A stretch of DNA of 64,000 nucleotides from Phaeosaccion multiseriatum (lineage: Eukaryota > Protista > Ochrophyta, other classes): positions 930,001-994,000 of the forward strand of contig OZ218964.1 in assembly GCA_965112735.1 (NCBI GenBank), read 5' to 3'. The notes beneath the pieces are model-generated. The model made no database searches. It saw nothing but the letters and a program-made list of their open reading frames with translations, and was not told the DNA's origin. Made by a program: the position numbers and the translations under genes. Below are positions 52,440-64,000 of this stretch, one piece after another; position 1 is the first letter of the stretch; each line of letters begins with the position of its first letter.

Positions 52440-52695
52440 GCAGCAGTGGATAGTAAGCTGCTGCATACAGGCAGCAGTGGATAGTAAGCTGCTGCATACA
52501 GGCAGCAGTGGATAGTAAGCTGCTGCATACAGGCAGCAGTGGATAGTAAGCTGCTGCATACAGGCAGCAGTGGATAGTAAGCTGCTGCATACAGGCAGGC
52601 AGCCAGTCAGTGGATAGTAAGCTGCTGCATACAGGCAGCAGTGGATAGTAAGCTGCTGCATACAGGCAGCAGTGGATAGTAAGCTGCTGCATACA
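52440..52695 (+). repeat. 31-bp minisatellite GCAGCAGTGGATAGTAAGCTGCTGCATACAG x8, each unit containing a 7-bp stem-loop; intergenic
   Basis: Seven essentially identical units plus one with a ~9-nt insertion (52595-52634); GCAGCAG...CTGCTGC inverted arms. Confidence 0.95.
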
Positions 52696-53179
52696 TCGGG
52701 AATCACACGTGCCAGGACGGGTATTGATCGGTGCAAGTTGCGCCGGAGAGTGCCTTTCTCGATGGGCCGGCAGCAGGGGGGGGGGGGGGGCAGCCCAAGA
52801 TTAGTGAGTGACCCGTCTTAGCAGGAGAGCTGGTCCTTCAGCTGGCTCACGGCTAATTTAAATGCACACACCAGCATTGACTCTACTGAGGGGAGGGAGA
52901 AGGGAGGGGGGAGGGGGGGGGGAAGCGGGGTCGGCCGGCCGGTAGCAGTACCACGTCAGGAGTCGACAGCGGGGGGTTGGGAAGGGTTCAAGGGGGGAGA
53001 CACCAAGGGTTTCCCCCCTGCAAGAGCTGGGACAGCGGTCCCACGCCTTGGCGAAAGTGGAACATATTAAGAGGGTACGATGGTGAACGATGGCCTGCGG
53101 AGTGAAAAACGAAAAACGAAAGGCCGGCAGAGGGTTTCCGAGCCGACTATCTTCAACTCACTTTCCCCCGCAACCTTCC

Positions 53180-58293
<5,114 letters not shown>

Positions 58294-59220
58294 TCAAGTG
58301 AGAGGCTGTGCAGTAGTGGAGTGAGTGGGGGCGTGTGGGACAGTCTGCAGCAGCGGCGCAAGGCTCCAAGCTCTGTGCTCCGCAAGCTTCACTAGCTCCA
58401 GGCTCGCTCAAGGTCTGGGAAGATCGATCCATCGATGGAACTTCAAGTCCAGAAAGCTGAGCAGCAGTGGTGATGAGTTTAAGCTCTCGAGGTTGCCAAG
58501 ATTGCGGGAGTCTCCTTCTGCTGCGCGGCGTGCTGCGCCTTGGAAAGACAAGTCTTCTCGTCTTCTCATCTTCTCATCAGAGACAGTTGAGGCAGGCTGT
58601 GCGTAGAGATGTTCAGCTCTCGGTCGAGATTGGAGAGTTGCCTGCCTCGGCTGCTGGACTGTTGCGCTTCTTTGTGTGATTGTGGACTCTCTCAATGTTG
58701 AGCAATCACCTGCCTAGCTGCCTGCACCTGCCAAGCTGCCTGCCCAAACAGAGCCCAACCCCACCCAGCAGAGTCCAAAGCTCTTTGCACCACGGATGAG
58801 TGCATGTAGGAGACACGAGACTTCCCAGCCAAAGTCAAGTCAGACAAACAGCAGTCCAGTCGTCCCGCGCAAGGTCTGAAGGAGGAGCTTTCAAGTGAGA
58901 GACATCCATGTTTGGTCTTAACCCGTAATACACAAGTACCGATGCAAACGGTTTAAGTAGTTGAGTTGATTGGGGTAAAGAAAAAGAAAAGAACCTAAGA
59001 GTAAAACCTGGATGAACGGACAGCTAATCGGTTTTGCTGCTAACTCTGAAGGATACAGGTTGTTTGAGGTTCCGATGGCTTTATTGTGCCTCCCTTACCT
59101 ATGGCTACTCTGGACGCTGAGCAGAAATTCACACGCACCTCTGGAAAGTGGAAAAGGGGGGGGGGGGGGCGAGGGGGGGGCCATTTTCCCAGCGGACAGA
59201 CACCCAATTCCCTTACGTGC

Positions 59221-59279
59221 CGTACTTATGTAAGGATGTGACGTACTTACGTAAGTATGCGACGCACTTACGTAAGCTT
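59221..59279. promoter_or_regulatory. Three 21-bp-phased TTA(C/T)GTAA palindromes upstream of the ABCB gene (candidate bZIP sites)
   Basis: CGTACTTATGTAAGGATGTGA / CGTACTTACGTAAGTATGCGA / CGCACTTACGTAAGC; perfect 14-bp palindrome at 59244-59257. Confidence 0.5.
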
Positions 59280-59790
59280 CTAAAAGTAATATCTTTTCCA
59301 ATTTCTATGATTCTATGATCCCTTAGTAACTTACTCCCGACTTCTAAAGGTGGCAATGTGTTCGTAAGAGGCAGGGCCAAGACAGGGAGGCAAGTACGGC
59401 GCCAGTAGTGGCTAAAGAAGAAAAAGGGGGGGGGGGGGTGGGGGGGGGGGTAGGCCCTGTCCGCAAAACGGGTGTGTCCGCCCATCCAGGTTTTACTCTT
59501 ACAGTTGTATAAAAGAAAAGAAAAGGAAATAAGAAAGTTGGTAGTTCGAATACGCACCCTCTGTGACGTGTCGGTTTTTCGTCGCTCGTGCCCCGATCGA
59601 TCTTCGGGAGGAAAAAGCGGGAGAAAAAGCCCCCCCCCCCCCCCCCTTTGCTCCTTGTTCTTTGTGGGCTTGTGGGAGAGCGGTAGACACGTGTCTCCTG
59701 CAGGCTGAAGGAGGGACGAGGATCTGTACGAAGTAAAACGGCAAAAGAAAAGGAGAGGAAAAACGAAGGAGTTTGGAGGAGAAAACAAAT

Positions 59791-62700
59791 ATGACGGGTG
59801 CGCAGGTAGGAGATGCATTACAAACAGAAGGAAATGACGCGCTGGAGAAGGCCGAGAAGGGCTCAACGGTGATGGAGACGGCCTCCATCGCCACGGCAGG
59901 CACTTCCGGAAACAAAAAGGCTGCTGGGGTGGAAAAGAGCCTTTCCGGTAGCAACAAAAGCGGTGATGGGGAGGAGAAGTCGGCCAAGATGGTGAGCGTA
60001 AAGGAGCTGTTCAAGTACGCCAGCAGCTCGGACAACCTCTACATGGGCTTGGGCACCTTCTTCTGTGTGCTCTCTGCTGTGCCCATGCCCGGGTTCGTCA
60101 TTCTCATTGGAGAGACTCTCGACAAGCTTCAGGGCGACCCGGACCAGGTGCGAGAGGAGATTAACTTCTTGGCCATTATCTTCCTCGTCCTCGGTGTGGG
60201 GGCGATGGCCGCCGGCTACTTTGCCGTCTACTTTTGGTCCATGGCGGGAGAGAGGCAGGCCGAGACCATCCGAAAACTGTATGTCAAGGCCATTCTGCGT
60301 CAGGATATCGCCTGGTTTGACGAGCACCAGGCCGGCCAGCTGCCCACCGCGGTGGCCTCCAACATGGCGAAGATCCAGGTGAGTACCAGGGCGGGAACCC
60401 TCCTCTTCTTGCCAAGCACTCTTCGTGGCCGTGTTCACTCCAAAAGCTCTTTTTTTAAAACGGAAAGACATGACATGATGAGTGTATGATTCATGCAAAG
60501 TTATATTCCCTGTGTGTCCTGTCGTTCCTGCCCCCTTTACCCTATACCCTCTCCCCTGTGCGCCCCACACGTCTGTCTCTCTCCCTCCCTCCCTCCCTCC
60601 CTCCCTCCCCATAGGACGGACTCGGCAGAAAAATGTGCGACGTGTTGATCAACCTGGTCGGCTTCTTCCTCGCCCTTGCCACTGCCTTCTACGTGGAGTG
60701 GCGCATCGCTCTGGTGCTGCTGGCTGCCATTCCCTTCATCGGAGCCTCCATGGGCTTCACCATCAAGATGATGGCCTCAGCGAGCAAGGAGAGCACCCTT
60801 CATTATGCACGGGCTGGTGCCGTGGCCACGGAGACCATTGCCGGGGTGCGAACCGTCGCCTCCCTCACCTCCGAGGAGGCGGAGCACGAGCGATATAAGG
60901 TGAGGGGTTGAGAGGGTGGAAGGGTGAGGGGGTGAACCACGTCATGATACAGTGTTGCATGGCAAGGCTGCTCCTTCGGCTTGCGCCTGCAGAGTGGCCA
61001 GGCTGACTTGTCTGACCGACTGACTGACTGACTCCCTGCCTGACCGACTGACAGACTGACTGACTCTACCCCCCCCCCCCCCTCCCCCCCGTACTAAACC
61101 TCAAGTCTCATCTCGAGGGTGCAAGGAAGGCCGGAGTCAAGGCAGGGTTCATGAAAGGGGCAGGGGCAGGTGTCATGTTTGGGGCCTTTTACCTCACTTA
61201 CGGCCTGGCCTTTTGGTTCGGCAGTCAGCTCGTGGCACGGGAGATTAACAGGGACTGCACCAGCGGCTGCGTCACGGGGGGGACGGTGCTTTCAGCCATC
61301 TTCGGAGTCCTGTTCGGCGCCATGTTCTTGGGACAGATGACTCCGGGTGAGTGAGTGAGTGAGTGACTGAGTGAGTAGGGAGGTCCACTTACATAGAGAG
61401 ATTGAGCTAATGTCGTATCACCTCTTACTGAGTACCCGTCCGCCCCTATCACCAACTGCTGCGTCACAGGAACCGAGGCGCTGACCTCTGCCCGCTCCTC
61501 CGCCGTGGAGGTGTTCGAAACCATCGACCGAGTGCCGCCCATCGACGTGCAGGACACCTCAGGCCGCACCCTCGACTCTGTTCGGGGTGAGATCAACTTC
61601 CAGTCCGTCAACTTCTCCTATCCCGCCCGCCCCGATGACCTCGTGTACTCGAACTTCAACTTGACCGTCAAGGCGGGGCAGACAGTTGCCCTGGTGGGGC
61701 CCTCGGGGGGCGGCAAGAGCACTGTGGCGAAGCTGCTGCTGCGCTTCTACGACCCCCAGGGAGGGCAGGTCACCGTGGACGGTACGTGTGTGAGTGTGTG
61801 TGTGTGTGTATGTTTGTATGTGTGTGTGTGCGTGTGTGTGCGTACGAACCAACCAACCAACCAACGAATCCACAATTCCACAATCCACGACACATATACG
61901 CACAGGTGTAAACATTAAGGACCTGACGCTGAAGTGGTACCGTCACCAAATCGGTTACGTTGGTCAAGAGCCCGTGCTTTTCGGCGGCTCCATCCGCTCC
62001 AACATTGCACAGGGTAAGCCGGGCTGCTCGGACGACGACATTGTTGCAGCGACACAGGCGGCCAATGCCCACGCCTTCATCAGCGCATTCCCCATGGGGT
62101 ATGACACGGAGGTGGGGGAGGGGGGGATGCAGCTGAGCGGAGGGCAGAAGCAGCGCATCGCTATTGCGAGGGCCATCATCGCGGTGAGTAAGAAGCAAGA
62201 GAAACACCGACAAACACCGACAAACACCGACGGGCTGGAAGCTGTCCCGTCTCTTGTGATCACTTCTCTTCTTTCCTGTGATCACCTCCTCCTTCCTTCC
62301 TTCCTTCCTTCCTTCCTTCCTTCCTTCCTCCCCTCCTTGCCTTCCCTCCTTCAAAACCTTCCTTCCCCTTCCCCATACCCGACCACCTAACCCCCCCTCC
62401 CCGCTCGCCCATGCCTCATACACACGCACACACAGGACCCTGCCATCCTCCTTCTGGACGAAGCCACCTCTGCCCTGGACTCGGAGAGCGAGAAGGTGGT
62501 GCAGAAGGCGCTTGACGACCTCCACGCCGCCAAGGCTCGCTCCACCATTGTCATTGCCCACCGCCTCAGCACCATCAAGAATGCTGATCAGATTGCAGTG
62601 GTGAGTGGGAGGATGGTCACCGAGCTGGGCACGCACAACGAGCTGCTGCAGAGGAATGGCATTTACGCTGAGCTATGTGCGGCGTCTGGTGTAGGCGCGG

Positions 62701-64000
62701 AGGGGGGGGAGGAGGAGGAGCGTCGCCGCACTTCGCTGAGTGCGGCGAAGGATACGGGTCGTGGACGCAAGAAGAGTTACGTGGAGGAGACGAAGGACAG
62801 CAAGTTACAGGGCCTGTCGGAGAGCAAGATGGGGGGGACGGGGGCCGACAAGGACAAGGAGGAGGAGGAGGAGGAGGATGTCCCGCCCATGCCCATCTCA
62901 AAGCTGTGGAACATGAACAAACCCGAGTGGGGATGGATGGCTCTCGGAGTCGTCGGGGCTCTCATGGCAGGGTGCTGCTTCCCCCTGGAGGGCGTGTTTA
63001 TCAGCAAGATTACCACGGCGCTGTACATTGAAGACGCAGACGAAATGAAGTCTGAAGTCGCCAAGTGGGCCCTGGCCTTTGTCTACCTCTGCATCTCTGG
63101 CTTGATTGGGCACACCATTCTCGACCATGCATTTGCCGTGTCGGGCGAGGGGCTGACCAAGCGCCTGAGAGAGCAGACCTTCATCCAGACGTTGCGCCAC
63201 GACATTGGCTGGTTCGGTAAGTAGTGCGTACGGCTATTCTCCTCCTCCTTCTCGTCCTCCTCCTCCTCCTCCTCCTCCTCCTCCTCCTCCTCCTCCTCCT
63301 CCTTCTCCTTCTCCTCCTTCTCCTTCTCCTCCTCCTCCTCCTCCTTCTCCTCCTCCTCCTCCTCCTCCTCCTTCTCCTCCTTCTCCTCCTCCTCCTCCTT
63401 CTCCTCCTCCTCCTCCTCCTCCTCCTCCCTCTCCTCCTCCTCCCTCTCCACCATCTCCTCCTCCTCATCCTCCTCCTTCTCCTCCTCCTCCTCCTCCTCC
63501 TCCTCCTTCTCCTCCTCCTCCTTCTCCTCCTCCTCCTCCTCCTCCTTCTCCTCCACCACCACGTCTTCTCTACTTGTGCTGTGCATTGTTACCCACCTCC
63601 GTCCTCCCCACCCTATCCACGTGTGCTCAAATCTTATCTCGTTTCTCACATCCATTCATCCCCATCCCCCACCAACGCACCCCCCCCCCCCCCCCCCAAA
63701 CGCCGTCGCACCCCGCAGACGAAGAAAAGAACTCAACTGCTCACTTGACCAACAAGCTTGAGACAGAAGCGGCCAAGGTCCAGCTTGCTACCGGCCACTC
63801 CCTCGCCTACAAGCTTCAAGTGGCCTGCACCCTGCTGATTGGCGTGGGACTGGGCTTTTACTTCTCTTGGCGTATGGCCTTGGTGTGTCTGGGGTGTATC
63901 CCCTTTGTGGCAGCAGCGGGTATCATCCAGCTTGCCATGCTCAGCGGATCTTACGGGGACGAGGAGGGTCTGGACGGAGGCAGCGGTGCAGGAGAGGTCC
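59791..64000 (+). CDS. Full-size ABCB (MDR/P-glycoprotein-type) transporter, 3' truncated by the window
   Basis: TMD1 ([19 protein letters not shown]), NBD1 Walker [10 protein letters not shown]-loop VGQEPVLF, signature [14 protein letters not shown], Walker [21 protein letters not shown], linker, start of TMD2 (NKPEW...GE.LT.RLR). Confidence 0.95.
63239..63553 (+). repeat. (CCT/CTT)n microsatellite in an ABCB intron
   Basis: Direct inspection; lies between the donor at ~63217 and the acceptor at ~63718. Confidence 0.95.

Noticed and set aside
52440-52695. CRISPR array
   Set aside because: Units are directly adjacent with no unique spacers, there are no cas genes, and the context is eukaryotic.
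63083-63748. Poly-Glu, poly-Leu and poly-Arg ORFs
   Set aside because: Intronic (CCT)n tract in the ABCB gene.

Overview
Eukaryotic, GC-rich, intron-rich nuclear DNA, most likely from a photosynthetic stramenopile (ochrophyte alga). The taxon is inferred from bipartite plastid-targeting peptides, a signal-peptide-bearing proteasome alpha subunit and WSC-domain arrays; it is not proven. By hand-splicing I can support 16 protein-coding genes: a cNMP-domain AGC pseudokinase (5' truncated), mitochondrial-type myo-inositol dehydrogenase, Qc-SNARE, methyltransferase-like/MYND-like protein, signal-peptide proteasome alpha, CRT-like transporter, TrmA/RlmD-type RNA m5U methyltransferase, 4xWSC-thaumatin, cupredoxin-DUF305 membrane protein, N-acetylglutamate synthase, RsmG with an RGG tail, WDR46/Utp7, OvoA ovothiol synthase, stand-alone YVH1 zinc domain, PHTF homologue and an ABCB transporter (3' truncated). 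Many introns carry micro- or minisatellites, and most ORF-track entries are artefacts of these. Best novelty candidates: (i) a predicted cell-surface protein joining an amicyanin-like type-1 copper motif to a single DUF305 hairpin; (ii) a dispersed 15-bp motif with five exact copies; (iii) a helically phased triple bZIP-type palindrome upstream of the ABCB gene; (iv) the pseudokinase and an intron/exon inverted repeat spanning one of its acceptors; (v) OvoA with a mitochondrial-type presequence. No tRNA, rRNA, CRISPR array or intact mobile element was recognised. Exon boundaries are manual and unverified by RNA data.
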